A stretch of DNA of 53,311 bases from Thelocarpon superellum (lineage: Eukaryota). The notes below the pieces were generated by a model, which saw only the letters and a list, made by a program, of their open reading frames with translations, made no database searches and was not told the DNA's origin. The translations under genes and the position numbers were made by a program. Shown here piece by piece: positions 13,580 through 27,297 of the stretch. The DNA lies in NCBI GenBank assembly GCA_026025795.1, contig JAPEUG010000081.1:1-53311 (forward strand), read 5' to 3'. The first letter of the stretch is position 1; the number at the start of each line of letters is the position of its first letter.

Positions 13580-14649
13580 GATGTAGAATGAATGATCATC
13601 ACCTTGCGACGGAGTCGGCGACGTGGGAGGGGCGAGATCTGTGGGACCTGCAAGCGGAACGACGACTGTGTAAGATGAGGTCGTGGTCCCGTGGTCTCGT
13701 GGTGGACAAGCAGAGGGCGTGCCGGATCAGGGCCGACGGTGGAGTATTGCGGGGGCAAGTATTCGGACGCCTCCTAAACTAAAAAGTTGCGGCGGCGTCG
13801 ATGGCTGGCAATTAACGATATAAGGATCGGCGGGACGGTGGAACCGTGCGCCAAGCACCCAACCATTCCGTGAACGGTCGCGCGCAATTACGGCTGCCCC
13901 AGTAGCCACGCATTGCTCGACAACGTTTCGACTTCTGGAGAAGGGTCTGAAAGGACTGGGAACACGAGTTCTCGGACGTGAATCATCGGTCTGGACTTGA
14001 CTGTGACGCGCTGGAGTGTTCGGCATGACTTCCGCTCCGCCAGTCAGGTCGCCAGCGACAGGGCGCATGGGCATGATCTCCAAACTTACCTGAGACGAAG
14101 CGAGGCAAAGGACAGGGGAGGGGAGCCGGGGGTTTCGGTACCGAGACGGTAGTTCGCGACCTGCCACTGCCACAGCCTTGCAGGGGAACTCCAAGTAACC
14201 ACTACCCTACTCCGTTCCTGGGTGGCGGAGGACTCCTCGGTCGACTACGTCAGCTATCCACGCACCGTGCCGACCGTGTCCGTCGGTCGGGTCTGCCCCT
14301 GGAGCATCGGCAGTTCGAACATTCGTTCTTCGCTCCCTGCCTCCCTTATCATCATCCGCGCTCCTCTATCACGCTCGCCTCTACGACCGTCTACACCTCT
14401 CGACTCGGAAAACTGTTGAGGATTATGGCAGTTTCATCTTCTCTTGCCGAAGTGATTACCCATGTCGTCCAATCCAGATACCGCCAGCCCATTTCTCAAT
14501 CCAAATATAAAACCAGTCCCGCCTATGCATCGCAAGAACACAAGTCATACTCAGGCCCTTTGCTGGCGGTCGCTGGGGGCTGCACCGATCTGCGGCCTGC
14601 GGTCTGCGGATCCAAGAACCTGACTATCCACAATCCCTTCGGTCGTCGT

Positions 14650-16102
14650 CTATCTAGCAACGCCAACTGCCTCTGGTCGCTTCGGTTCATCGTACCCCTT
14701 CTGCTCGAAAGGGAGACGTCCCCCCTTTTCCGCGTCGTCCATTCTCGTCGTCTTCGCGCTCAACGCATCCATCCACTGCACTTCCCGGGTTGGGAAGTCT
14801 TTCTCGCAAGGCGAGCTCCAGGCGGAAAGGTCGGACAGGTTGCTGGCCTGGACCCATCGCCCCTTGCTCGTGTAGAAGCGCGGCGAGTCCAGCGGCTTCG
14901 GCGAGCTCTCCGCCGCCGCCGGCGTCTTTCGGAGACCGCGAATTAGTGGTCGCATCGTGGGCACGCAGGCGCAAACGACGCCTAGCGAGAGCTCGATGAT
15001 GGTCCAGACCATATGGTCGCTGTACGTCCCTAGAACAAGTCAGTCCTTGAACCACGGCTGGACAAGAGCGAGCGCTCCATGAATGGGGACGCACATGGCA
15101 TATCGCTCGGATCAAATTCGCGGATCGTGATAATGCGGAACACAGTCGCGATACAAACACTGACCACACGGTCGCGTTAGCCACGACCATCTCTTCTGAC
15201 CATCGGATACAGGTACTTACGCGCTGCCGAGCAAGAACATAGTGCACAAGACATTTTTCTGTCGTTGTGCCACGTTCAACCTCCAGATGATTGGCATTGG
15301 TAGGAACAAGATGACCAGGTCCGTTGCGATATTGATCCCCGACGCGGCATAATAAAGGGCCGTCATGTCGACGCATCTGCCCTGAATAGACAAATCCCAG
15401 AATGCGACGGCGGGAAAGCACGAGACGGCGGAGGCCACGGTTCCGCCGATCAGCTGGCCAGTCACCAAAGCAATGCAAAGCTTGACACACATCCGGAACT
15501 TCGGGAGCACGAAGACGCGGTGAAAGAGCAAGAGGATGGAGATCTTGAGCAAGGGGTAGACGACGGCGTAAAGGAGCTGACCGAGGTAGAGGGACTGAGA
15601 CAGCGTCAGGTCCGTCGGAGGCCAGGGCTTTCTCAACCGCTTACCTCGAGACCGCGCGAGATGAGATCAGGGGCGAACAGGATCGCATGTCTGCCAACAC
15701 CGTTGTACCAATCTGCCGTCTCTCTTAGCTCTCGAGCCTCGTGGTTCGGAAGGGCGTCAGGGACAGCGGCTCGAGCCCTCCTTACACATGATGTAGTATA
15801 AGGCCCAGATCGGGTAGGTGAGCAACTGTCATCTCTTAGCCAGCTGCGCTACTGGTGCGAGAGGTGGCCACGGCACTCACCAGAGACAGGATCACGGCAT
15901 AATCATCCCAGAGCAGCGGAGCTTTGGCCAGCTTGCGTGACCAGAGACGGAGCACCACGGCGGTGGTGCACACAAAGGGTGCGAGGATGCACAAGATCTT
16001 GGGGAGCAAGGACTTGTCATCATCGACGTGCTTGGCTTGGTACTGGAAGGATTCGAAGTTGAGGATGTCCGCGAGGGCGCGGGGCGCCAGCGTCGGGCTC
16101 AT
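14650..16102 (-). CDS. PTH11-like integral membrane protein (fungal rhodopsin-domain GPCR-like, no CFEM domain seen)
   Basis: Six spliceable exons. Motifs AVVLRLWSRK..LLWDDYAVILSL, KISILLLFHRVF, NIATDLVILFLPMPIIWRL, QKNVLCTMFLLG and WTIIELSLGVVCACVPTMRPL. Confidence 0.87.
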
Positions 16103-17796
16103 GATGCTCTCAAGCTGTGATCTATCGGTCCGGTGAAGGAGGGGGGCAGTGACGCGTGGACTTCACCACCGCCACTCCGGACGAGCGATACTTATGACCC
16201 GGGACGCCCTCCGCCGCCGTCCGCGTGTGCGTGTGTCACAGATGACTTGGGGAGGAGGACTCCTGGCCGCGGATCACTCCGGATCATCCTTCGTTCCGTC
16301 GAAAGGTTCTCTTGGAACGAGGACCTCTCCGGAGCGCCCACACCTACCATATCGAGCCTGGTCCGGGCGCTGAAAGAAGAGGCGGATCATCTCGGTACAG
16401 ATGGTGACAACGAGAGTACATTGCCTAATATAGATCCGTGTCCATCTTGTGCTGAAATGACGCTGTAAGAGAGCTACCTCGTCAGCGGAAGGGCTGCACC
16501 CGCCGACGAGGTCCGTCAGTGGTCGCTTGGACGGTACGAGTGCCGTGCCGGGGGGTGTCGGGGCATGCCTGTCAACCGAACATTTACAGGGTCTTGGGCT
16601 ACAACATTGCGGATCTGTCCTCCAACTAGCCCGTTGTGGCCCGCACTTCTGCCTCCGTTCGTGCAAAAGCCAACGACTAAAATGGAAACGCTCTGATCAT
16701 CGTGGCAAGAGGAGGGTCCATCACGCACAGCTTGTCCGGACCAGTGTTCCACGAACCCTAGAGTGACCTGGGCCGACCTTTCTTCGGCCGTTCATCAAAC
16801 CGCACCGTCCTACCACGGCCATCGATTGCGCCCATCTGGTTTCACTTTCCAGAGGGTTCGCCAATTTACGCGATGTTTGACTCTTGTTCGACACTGAACG
16901 AAGAATTGCCCAGAGGATCCAGAATATCGTGGGAGAGAGCCCACTGGTGGAGTGTGGTAGCCTCGCCTGTTCGCCAAGGCGTGTCTTTGTGTCGGATCCA
17001 ACACCAGTCTCTAGCGACAGACACGCCTGCAAGAGATTGTCATACAGCAGTGTGTGTTGGATCATCTCTCAAGGCTCTTACGGGTAGAGCGCGGATGAAG
17101 GAAGTCTAACCACCGACTTCCCTACTTGTCGCATCTCCCGTTCACATCCTCGCAGCAGCGGCCAAAATAGCATCCTGCCCGCTGTCACCGATTGGCCGCG
17201 GACCAGAAGGAAAAGCGGTGGAGCTACTCCGCCATTTCTGGGACAGGAACACTATCGTTCTCATGGCCGGAAACTACTGGTTATCCTGGCTGGTGGGTCG
17301 ACGTTCCTGCTAGGCAAGTCGATCTCCCAAGGACGAAGTACTCATAGGAAAGTGTTGCTCGTAGAGGGGGGGCGTAAGTGGGGTGAAGACGATAAACTAC
17401 CTGGTTTAGGCGGACGATCAAGGAGTTTGAACGAGGACGTGGACATACTATGTTATCTTAGTGGGTTGTCCTCACAACCTGGCGCTGCGCAGTAGAACCG
17501 CCGGCTCCTCGACGGGTCGGGGGTGAAAGTCGACGGTGGGCGAGGTCTGCTACATTGGAAGAACGACTGGCGTGAGCCGCCATCCGAGCCGATCTCATGA
17601 ATCAGCCCTTCGTCGCGATGTGGAGAAACGCGCACGGGACTTGCGTCGTGCGGCGACGCTGATTCCGCGCATCTGTCGCCGAGTCTCCTTGAACCACGTG
17701 CACTTAGTCTGCATCTAGGTCGTACGGAAGACTCATGGAACGTTCCATGCATCGTTTCAATCAACCTGATCGCCTTTCGCCCTGACTTTCGCCGAG

Positions 17797-20700
17797 ATGC
17801 CGGTGGTGGGGACGGAGAAGCTGATTGCCCTCCAACAAAAGCCCGAAGGCATCCGAAATGTACCCTGCCCACATCTGATGCAACCCGTCCAAAGAAGTAG
17901 AGCGCCTCTGCTGACCAGTTCGCCCAGATTTGTATCTTGGCGCACGTGGTAACCATCGCCCACTCTTTCTCCCTCACTCTCTCTCTCTCGCGGAGACCAT
18001 GTCTGACATGGAAATCCACAGGACCACGGAAAGACGTCTCTGACGGACGCGCTACTCGCCACCAATGGCATCATCTCTCCCAAACTCGCGGGAAAAATCC
18101 GCTATCTGGACTCCCGCCCAGACGAGCAACTGCGCGGGATCACCATGGAGTCATCGGCGATATCGTTGTACTTCTCCATGCTTCGTCGGTCGCAGCCCGC
18201 AGAGGCACCAGCCCAGCGAGAATATCTGATCAACTTAATCGACTCGCCGGGGCACATTGACTTTAGCAGCGAGGTATCGACCGCATCGAGACTGTGTGAT
18301 GGGGCCCTGGTCCTAGTCGACGCCGTCGAGGGCGTCTGCAGTCAGACGGTGACGGTGCTCCGGCAGACCTGGATCGAGCACCTGCAGCCCTTACTGGTCA
18401 TCAACAAGCTCGATCGACTCATCACAGAGCTTCGAATGAGCCCCGGAGAGGCGTATGCGCACCTCAGCAAACTGCTCGAACAGGTCAACGCTGTCGTCGG
18501 CAGCTTCTTCCAGGGCGAGCGCATGGAGGAAGATCTCAAGTGGCGCGAGCGCGTCGAGGAGAGGGTCGCCGCCACGGCGGCAAAAGAACAAGCCCGAGAA
18601 GCCAAGCGTGCTGTGCCGACGTCTCCGGGTGAGGAGGCTGATGAGATCGAAAGCACGACCGGCAACATGGCGGGGACCTTTGAAGAAAAAGATGACGAGG
18701 ACATCTACTTCGCCCCCGAGAAGAACAATGTCATCTTCAGCAGCGCCGTTGACGGCTGGGCCTTTAGCGTCAAGCAATTTGCTGCGCTGTACGAGAAGAA
18801 GCTGGGCATCAAGACGAGCGTGCTGGAGAAAATTCTGTGGGGAGACTACTATCTCGACCCCAAGACCAAACGTGTCTTGGGCCAGAAACATCTCAAGGGC
18901 CGCCCATTGAAGCCCATGTTTGTGCAGCTCGTCCTCGAGACGGTGTGGGCCGTGTACGAGGCTACGACGGGGGGCAGCCAAGGCAGCCGTGCCGGGTGCG
19001 TGGTCTCTCATCTCATCGCATATTGTCCAATAGATCAGACCCCAAGACTCTACCGCGCCATCGAACCATACTCATCCCCATTCTCATGTCTAGTAATCCC
19101 ACCATGCTTGAAAAGATTACCAAGTCCTTGTCCATCACGCTGCCGCCTCATATCCTACGATCGAAAGACCCCCGTGCCATTCTCGTGGCCGTCTTCGCGA
19201 CCTGGCTCCCCCTCTCCGTCGCCGTCCTCGTCTCCGTCATCGAGCAGCTGCCATCACCCTCGACGGCACAGGCCTCCCGACTCCCGGCCTTGATCGATGC
19301 ATCCCCAGGAGCCAAACAAGTCGATCCCCGAGTCCGAGATGCCATGGTCACGCTGCGCGCGGAGAAAAACGAGCCCGTTGTCGTGTACGTCAGCAAGATG
19401 GTGGCCATCCCGGAGAGCGAGCTCCCCGAGAACAGACGACGGGGAGGTGGTCTCAGCGCGGAAGAGGCCCGCGAGCTGGCTCGCAAAAAGAGAGCGGAGA
19501 TTGCCAGAGCGCGAGCACAGGCACAGGCCAATGGCGCAGCAGCACCTGACGCTGTCACAGCGATCACTGACGCGTTGGGACATGCCCATCTCGATCTCGA
19601 GGAGACGGATGGAGATGTCGTCAGCGAAGAAGAAACCAGTCCCCATCGCGAGCATCTCGTGGGATTCGCACGCATCTACTCTGGCACCCTGTCCGTGGGC
19701 GACCAAGTCTACGTGCTCCGTCCGAAGTTCACCCCGGCAGCGCCACATGCCCACCCTAGACCTCGACAAGTCGTCGTGACCGCCCTGTACCTCCTGATGG
19801 GCCGAGGACTCGAACCACTCCAATCCGTGCCCGCCGGAGTGGTTTTTGGTATTGCCGGATTACAGGGACACGTCCTCAAGACCGGCACTCTTTGCAGCCA
19901 GCTGGAGGGCGGTGTGAACCTCGCCGGCGTGAACATGGCCAGCCAACCCATCGTCCGCGTGGCGCTGGAGCCCGTCAATCCCAGCGATCTCGACAAGATG
20001 ATACGCGGCATCCAACTCCTGGTCCAAAGCGACCCGTGCGCCGAGTACGAGGTGCTAGAGAGCGGCGAGCACGTCATCCTCACGGCGGGCGAGCTCCACC
20101 TGGAGCGGTGTTTGAAAGATCTCCGAGAGCGCTTCGCCCAGTGCGAGATCCAGGCCGGGGAGCCACTGGTGCCTTACCGGGAAACGATCGTCAGTGCCGC
20201 CGAGATGGCTCCGCCGCGGGAGAGGGACCAGCCGCGAGGACTGGTGCACGGGATGACGTCCTCCAAACAGGTGACGGTGCGACTACGGGTACGACCCTTG
20301 CCTGCGACGGTGACGGCCTTCCTCGAGAAGCACAGCGCAGCCATCAAGCGGCTGTACTCGGAGAACCGGGCGAAAGAGGCAAGCGGTCAGGCAGAAACAG
20401 CAGAGACGGATGAGGACATCGTGGGGGAGGAGGAGGACAGCCGCGGAGACGGTGGTAGCCAGATCCTATCCCCGACCGAATTCAAACACGAACTGTCCGC
20501 AGCCTTCGAGCAGGCCGAGACGGACCGCGAGACATGGGCCGGCGCCGTCGACCAGATTGTGGCCTTTGGTCCGCGGCGAGTGGGGCCAAATGTGTTGATT
20601 GACGGAACGACGCAAGGCTGCTGCCGGAGATTGTGCGTCCCAGAGGAGCGCGTCCAGCGCAGCACCAGCTAACCGCCCCGCAGTCTAGGTACGTCGGATT

Positions 20701-21538
20701 CGGGCGGCGCGGACGTCGACCATGCCGCCAGAGAGACGAGCAGCGACGTACTTCACGCGCGCGATTTCTCCGACAAGATCTCCTACGCCTTCCAGCTGGC
20801 GACGGCACAGGGTCCACTGTGCCACGAACCGATGACTGGCGTGGCGGTCATCCTCGAAGATGTCATCATCGCCGTATCCTCAGCCGAGGACGACACGTCG
20901 TCCGCCCGAGACCACCTTGGTCGTCTCACGGGCGAAGTCATCAAGACCGTACGCGACTCCATCCGCCTGGGCTTCCTCGATTGGAGCCCGCGCCTCCTTC
21001 TGGCCATGTACAGCTGCGAGATTCAAGCGTCAAGTGAGCTCCTCTGGCGCCTCGTTCCCGTCCCCTTCCAATCCTCTTCTGCCATCGTGTTTGGCTCCTT
21101 CATCTAGTCCTCCTACTCTCTTCGCTCATCTTTGCTGACTCCTGCGTCATCGTAGCCGACGTCCTGGGCCGAGTCTACGCCGTGCTAACGCGCCGCCGAG
21201 GCCGCATCTTGTCCGAGGCTCTAAAAGAAGGAACGGCGTACTTCACGATCCAAGCCCTGCTACCCGTCGCCGAGTCGTTCGGCTTCAGCGACGAGATGCG
21301 CAAGCGCACCTCGGGCGCCGCCAGTCCCCAGCTGATCTTCCAGGGCTTCGAGATGCTGGACCAGGACCCCAACTGGGTGCCTTTCACCGAGGAGGAGATG
21401 GAGGATCTTGGTCAGCATGCAGACAGGGAGAATGTGGCAAAGCGCTACATGGATGCCGTTCGGGCGAGGAAGGGCCTCTTCGTGACGGGGAGGAAACTCG
21501 TCAAGGATGCAGAGAAGCAGAAGACGCTGAAGCGATAG
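17797..21538 (+). CDS. RIA1: Elongation factor-like GTPase Ria1/Efl1 (60S maturation)
   Basis: MPVVGTEKL...[19 protein letters not shown] (G1 split over a 21-nt exon at 17928-17948), [64 protein letters not shown] and [14 protein letters not shown]. Further introns at 18996-19093, about 20633-20683 and about 21034-21154. Confidence 0.96.
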
Positions 21539-21939
21539 TGGTAGCGCTGGTGAGCGGGTGACGAAGAAATGTTCGTAGGGTTGGTACTGCGGGCCAGCTT
21601 GACGGGTTACGAAGACCATGAGAGCATTTCTCCACCTTTCCTTTGAAAGTACAAAGCAGTCTTTGCATACTGCGAGGGACTAGGCTTCCTCAAGGGTGGC
21701 GGCGACACGAGTATCACCAGACCCGATGGTCTCACAGCACACCTGAGGAGCCTACCGGCCTCCAAACTCCTTCCTAGACCCGATCATGCGCCCGTCAATG
21801 CCATGCCGTACCGACTGCCCCGTTCCAGCCCCCCAGTGCGCGACTGCGACGGCCTCTCTCCCTGTCGCACGCAATGCCATCAATACGGTCCTCATATCCA
21901 GGGCTCATCCGTGCGCGATACTCATGACCAAAGATTTGT

Positions 21940-24239
21940 CTAATTCGCCAAAACGAACATTGACGAGGACAGATCTTTCTCGTCTTGACCTCGTTGATCA
22001 CCTCCATCATGGCCTGCCGTCCAACTGAGGGGTGCTCGACCTTCCGCGTGCCCGGGATGTTGTGATGCTAGTGTGTCGTCGATGTCGCCTTCCATCGTTG
22101 CTGTGGTCGAGCGTCCGTCTGCAGCCAAGACGGCTGCGGCCGAGTCATGTGAAGGCACTGCAGCGTCGCCTCGAAGTAGCTCTCCCGAACCACGCTCACA
22201 CTCCATATCGTGCAGAACCCTTCCTCCAGTGCCTGCATCCTCTGCTGCCGGGGTGTTTTGGACAAGCGTAGTCTCCCTCAGCGGTGGGTCAGATCTGATG
22301 AGTTCAGGGTCGGGTTCGTCCTCGACACGTTCGTAGAAGAGCATAAAGACACCACCCTGGCTCAAGGCATGCTCTCGGCTGACCATCAGGACATCGTCGT
22401 CGCTGATGCGCCACCACTGTCTCCCTGGCGTCTCGCTTGACCTTGTCTCAGACTTGGCTCCTCGCGGTTCCGTGGGGCTCGGACGGTAGCAGACGTAGTG
22501 CCCATTCTCGTGACGTCCTTGGTGCGTGATGATGCCGCAGAGCTGATATTGCGGCCCCTGACTGGTGGAGCCCCTCTCAGGGAGCATGGAGCGAGAGGGA
22601 TCCAGCTCCCACTGCTCCATCGGGGCATTTTCGTCCATGGGTCTTCCCGCAGCGCTGGTCCCAAGACACCATGGGCCCAGCTCCAGGGTCTCCTGGAATC
22701 GCACTTCGGCGTAGTTCTTCTTCTGCGCGCCGGAGAAAGGATCGAAGATGCTGCGGTTGACATGGATGACGAGTGACTTCGGCGCTCGTGCAACGACTGC
22801 TTGTCGGGACTTCGTGGCGGGGATGCGTCGCTTCGAGGGGATTTTGCACTTGTTGGTCAGCGTCGCCTCGCTGAAATCATCCTCTTCGAGTGCCGCATCC
22901 ACCACCTCAAGCCTTGCTCGGACGGAGCGTCGGACCAAATCCTCACTCGCATTCCCATCCGCCGATACAACATTCGACGTGTCAGTCGGACTAGAATCGT
23001 CCCCAACGAGACGCTCCAGACCTGCCTTGGCCTCCAGCAGGGTACATCGGGCACACTCCACGTTCTCGATATATTCCAAGCTGGTGTAGTCATCAAGCGA
23101 CTGCCGCAGGTCTTGGTACCAGTCTTTGCCCAGAGGCACCGTCAAGCAGATGAATGGAATCAATGACAAGCCCTCGGACCAGCCACAGCGCATGCAGCCC
23201 ACACGCTGGGCAAGGAGACCCTCAAGGGGATTTCGCAAGCGCGAGTGGTAGGGTGACAGGCGGCTGACGATGCCAGCTCTGGGAGGAGGGGCCACAACGG
23301 AGCGAAGCGGGGACACGGACGCGGACAGCATCTCCGCGCACGGGTGCGTGTTGTTGCGGCCAGGATCGCGTGGTTTCGAGAGAAGGTCAGTCAGGCAATG
23401 GGGTGGTTGTCGAGTCCGCACGTCCTGAATCAGCTCCTTGTCCATCTCATCCAAGATCTTGGAGAAGTACTCCTGAGCGTCTTGCTGCTGCCAACTGCTC
23501 ATCGACCGTAACGCGCTGGGATTCCAAAAGCGTCGGCCGCTGTGGGCTGGATCATTGAGGTCCCTTATGATGTCTCGGAGCGCGGTGATGGCTGCCTTTT
23601 GGTTCTTCGTTGGTGACACCTCCTTGTTTGCTGGATTGGGGACCATGGCGTTGAGGTAGATGGACATGGATGGCAACGATGCCAGACCCTGCACCTGTCA
23701 GGCGGGGTCGAGGCAGTGGTGGGGGGACTCAGACGTAAAGTACGCACCTGAATCACGCTATTTTGGTAACACGAATTATCCCAGTTACCTAGGCCCGCGG
23801 GACGCCCATCCTCTGCAGCGACAGAGAGTGCCCGGATCCTCGAAAGTATCCTCGAGCGGTCCAACGTCGAGACGACCCCTTCCCACGGGAGGCCAAATAA
23901 CTTCCTCATAGCTTCGTTCTTGGCCGCATAGGAGGTGGCCACATTGTGAAAGAGGGATTCGTCAAGCGCTGGGGATGCGGAGACAGCGTTCGCGGCCACG
24001 ACGAGCCGTAAGGGGACGAGATACACCAAGATGTTCCACAGGAACTCGGGAATGGAAAGCGAGCGTCGGTCGAACCAGGTGACGAAGAGTTGATAGAACA
24101 GGAGGAGGAGACACAGGAAGGAGACCGAGAGCGCGGTCGGGGAGGCGGACAGCTGCGAGAGGTCGAGTGGGCTGCTCGCGCGCACGTCAAAGGCTCGAGC
24201 CTTCGCGATGAGCTGGTCCAGTCGGACGTTACGCATCAT
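21940..24239 (-). CDS. Ubiquitin carboxyl-terminal hydrolase (USP/C19 family) with N-terminal hydrophobic anchor, Ubp1/Ubp16/USP30-like
   Basis: Cys box GLGNWDNSCYQNSVIQ|GLASL (intron 23747-23689), QQDAQEY, His box IITHQGRHENGHYVCYR and WWRISDD..VFMLFYE. N-terminal hydrophobic stretch FLCLLLLFYQLFV. Confidence 0.9.
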
Positions 24240-24698
24240 GGTGTGAAGAGGATGAACAGGCCAGGACGGACGACAAAGGGTCTAAGCCATGAGCAAAGGT
24301 GAGCTGGCATACTGGTGCCCGTGCCCATGCTGTGATCGTTCGAAGTCAAGGTGTGGAGCTTGGATGTTGGGATGCGAGCTCACGAGACCCAGCTATGATG
24401 AGGGCCAAGGGCATCGCTACCGTAATTTGGGATGGAGCGTTCGCTGTACCGTAGGAGTACAAGTAACATACGCGTACGACGAACATCACGGACCTTCGGT
24501 TATCTTTCCCGTGTCCCACTAACATAGTCACGGCATTCTGGACTAAACTCGTAATTCGCCCCACCATGCTCGTCTCAACCAGCCAAGATGATATATTATC
24601 ACCGTGCTGACACCCCCGTTTGCTCTACCACATTTCGTGGAGTGCTCCAATCTGTCCAGCCTTCATCCTCCTTTGTGGGCTGACCCCCCAGTTTCGCG

Positions 24699-25340
24699 AT
24701 GGCGAAGACGGCAACTCTGAAGAAGCACAGTAAGCGATACGGCTTATGTATCCGGTCTCTCTAACTGACGTGATCCTAGAACCGGCAGTGCATTCACGCG
24801 CCGCTCGGCGAGCCACCTCACCCTCGATTGATGTCGATAAATCCCTGACATCGATCAAAGCCCCGCCTGAGAGTGCGGACCATCGGCCGTCCGTTCTGGC
24901 CCTCCATCATGGGGCCGGAGTGATGAAGAAGACCAAGAGAGGCCGAGCCGTGAGCAGCAAAGCGCGGAAGCGACAGGAAAAAGGCCTCGAGCGAGCTGAA
25001 CTGGTCATGGACCGTATGGAAAAGAAGGTGGAAAAGAGCGTGGAGCGGGCTCGATCCGTCAAGGCAAGACGGGTATGTCGGACCCCCGAATCCGATCCGC
25101 TGAGCCTGACGTTGACGCATCCAGGCGGCGTGGAACGAACTCAATGAGCGAATCCTTCCCCAGGCAGAACAGGCCAAGACTGAGGAGACCGCGAGAAGAC
25201 CGTCCGCGGTTGTGGATATGACAGAGCACACCATAATCGTAGATTCTGAACCTGCAGAAGTCATGAACGAGTCCAGCAAGCCGCGGGCCCCTCTATATCC
25301 TGCCGGGATTGCTTTACCGGACGAAGATGAAATCTTATGA
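24699..25340 (+). CDS. Alb1/Ecm1-family pre-60S ribosome biogenesis factor
   Basis: Exons 24699-24729, 24780-25072, 25125-25340. Reads MAKTATLKKHKPAVHSRAARRATSPSIDVDKSL...KARKRQEKGLERAELVMDRMEKKVEKS...KARR|AAWNELN. Confidence 0.82.
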
Positions 25341-25724
25341 ACCTCATGAACGTCATGTTTGGTCAGCGTGGATGCTCGCGTAGCTTTCTGAGTTACATAA
25401 ACCAGATGGGTTCTCTTCACGTCTTCCAGACTCCAGCGTAGTTTGAGATTCCCTAGCAGATTTTGGCGAGCTGCGGTGTCGTGAGTTGCAGCTCAATCGA
25501 CTGCCACGACCCCGACGACCAGACGAGTCGGCGGTTTGACGTCCCACGTTCGCTTAAGTTTGGGGCCGGAGATATCGAACAGGAATCTCGTCATGCTCGT
25601 CCGGGACGCGGAGGCAACGTCTTACACAGCACCTGGTCGCCCATTCTCATTTGACCCTTGTGCCACCTTTTCCCCCGTGGCGCTCTGTCTCCTCCGTTGC
25701 GTGTGTCTATGGCAAATCTCCGTC

Positions 25725-27188
25725 ATGCCTCTCAAACGAATGACCGCGAACCCAGTGCGGCCGGCCAGATATCGTCCAGGAAAGCCCATCGGCCCAGAAG
25801 CATCGTCGGAGGAAGACGAGAGTGACGAGGACGTGGACGCGGACGTGGACGCGGACGTGGACGTAGACGAGAGCAGCCAAGGGCCTACCCGCCGGCCGGC
25901 CCCGAAAGCCTCGTCATATCCCACCGATTCAACGCGAATCGCCCACAATCTGAAGAATGTCGATTTGAATGAACGAAAACGACAGGCGGCCCGGGACGAG
26001 GCGGTCAGAGAGAAACGCGAGGAGGACGCTCGGCGAAAGGAAGAAGAGGGCTTCGTCACGGAGGAAGAGTCCGAGGAGGAAAGCGAGGAAGACGATGAAG
26101 AGTCCGGCAGCGAGGAAGAAGAAAGCAGCGACGACGAGGCGCCAAAGCGAACCTTGCTACGACCCACCTTCATCAAGAAAGACAAGCGCCAAGCCACCAC
26201 GGGATTGAATGACCCCGAGACGGAAGAAGCTTGGCAAGCCCGTGAGGAAGAGCGGAAGAAGGCGGCCGATGAGATCGTTGAGGAACAGCTCCGCAAAGAC
26301 GCCGAGCTGCGGGCTGCAGGGAAGAAGGACTGGGACGACGACGAGGCTGGAGAGATCGACCAGGTCGACGACGCCGACGGCCTCGAGCCCGAGGCTGAGC
26401 GCGCCGCCTGGAGATTACGAGAGCTACGACGGGTCAAGCGCGAGCGCGAGGCCATCGAGGAGGCAGAGCAAGAGCGCGAGGAGGTGGAGCGCCGACGCAA
26501 CCTGTCCCAAGAGGAGAGGGATGCTGAGGATGCCGAGTATTTGGCCCAGCAGCGAGGTGACAAGGAGTCCCGCGGACAGATGGGCTACATGCAAAAGTAC
26601 TTCCACAAGGGCGCCTTCTTCCAGGACGACGCCAAAGACAAGGGCCTCGACCGACGGGACATCATGGGGAGCCGATATCAAGACGACGTCACGAATCGCG
26701 AGCTGTTGCCCCAGTACATGCAGATCCGAGACATGACCCGCTTGGGCCGGAAGGGGCGCACCAAGTACAAGGATCTACAGTCCGAGGATACCGGCCGATG
26801 GGGTGCCTTCGACGACCGTCGCGGCCGAGGAGGTAGACCGCCCGCGGGTTCGTCACACGACGAGAGATTCATGCCTGATCATCTACGAGACCGCGGCGAC
26901 GCGACCGGAGCGAATGCAAGCGTCGTGAACGAACGACGGCGAACGGAGGCTGCGCCCTCCGGTCTGAGGGCTTCGTCGGACCGGGAGCCCGGTGACCGGC
27001 GGGATGCGAGAAGCCGTCGAAAAGATGACAGTCCCGCGCGACGGCCGGAATACCGCTCCCCGTCACGATCCCCGAGGAGAAGTCATCATGACGAGGATCA
27101 TCACAAGCACGATCGACGGAAGCGAAGTCCGTCTCCATACGATCGGCGACGAGACGACGACAAGCGACGCAAGGTCGCCGTGGGCTAG
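25725..27188 (+). CDS. MFAP1: MFAP1 (microfibrillar-associated protein 1)-family spliceosomal B-complex protein
   Basis: Intronless. MPLKRMTANPVRPARYRPGKP, acidic tracts, AWRLRELRRVKRERE, MGYMQKYFHKGAFFQD and LPQYMQIRDMTRLGRKGRTKYKDL. Confidence 0.92.
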   Translation: MPLKRMTANPVRPARYRPGKPIGPEASSEEDESDEDVDADVDADVDVDESSQGPTRRPAPKASSYPTDSTRIAHNLKNVDLNERKRQAARDEAVREKREEDARRKEEEGFVTEEESEEESEEDDEESGSEEEESSDDEAPKRTLLRPTFIKKDKRQATTGLNDPETEEAWQAREEERKKAADEIVEEQLRKDAELRAAGKKDWDDDEAGEIDQVDDADGLEPEAERAAWRLRELRRVKREREAIEEAEQEREEVERRRNLSQEERDAEDAEYLAQQRGDKESRGQMGYMQKYFHKGAFFQDDAKDKGLDRRDIMGSRYQDDVTNRELLPQYMQIRDMTRLGRKGRTKYKDLQSEDTGRWGAFDDRRGRGGRPPAGSSHDERFMPDHLRDRGDATGANASVVNERRRTEAAPSGLRASSDREPGDRRDARSRRKDDSPARRPEYRSPSRSPRRSHHDEDHHKHDRRKRSPSPYDRRRDDDKRRKVAVG

Positions 27189-27297
27189 CTACAAGATCCA
27201 GATGGAGGAAGAGAATGAGAGAGCCCTTCTCCACAACGCCCAAGACATGCTCTCAACGCCAGTCCCATGCCAGCAGATCCATCCCCGTCATCCCGTA

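Noticed and set aside
16133..17450. Short ORFs between the PTH11-like gene and RIA1
   Set aside because: No recognisable motif or consistent exon chain. Treated as divergent promoter/intergenic sequence.
18145..20672. Apparent frameshift between two RIA1 ORFs
   Set aside because: Resolved by a GT-AG intron at 18996-19093.
25830..25868. 12-nt GACGTGGACGCG repeat in MFAP1
   Set aside because: Ordinary coding slippage repeat (DVDA) in an acidic disordered tract.
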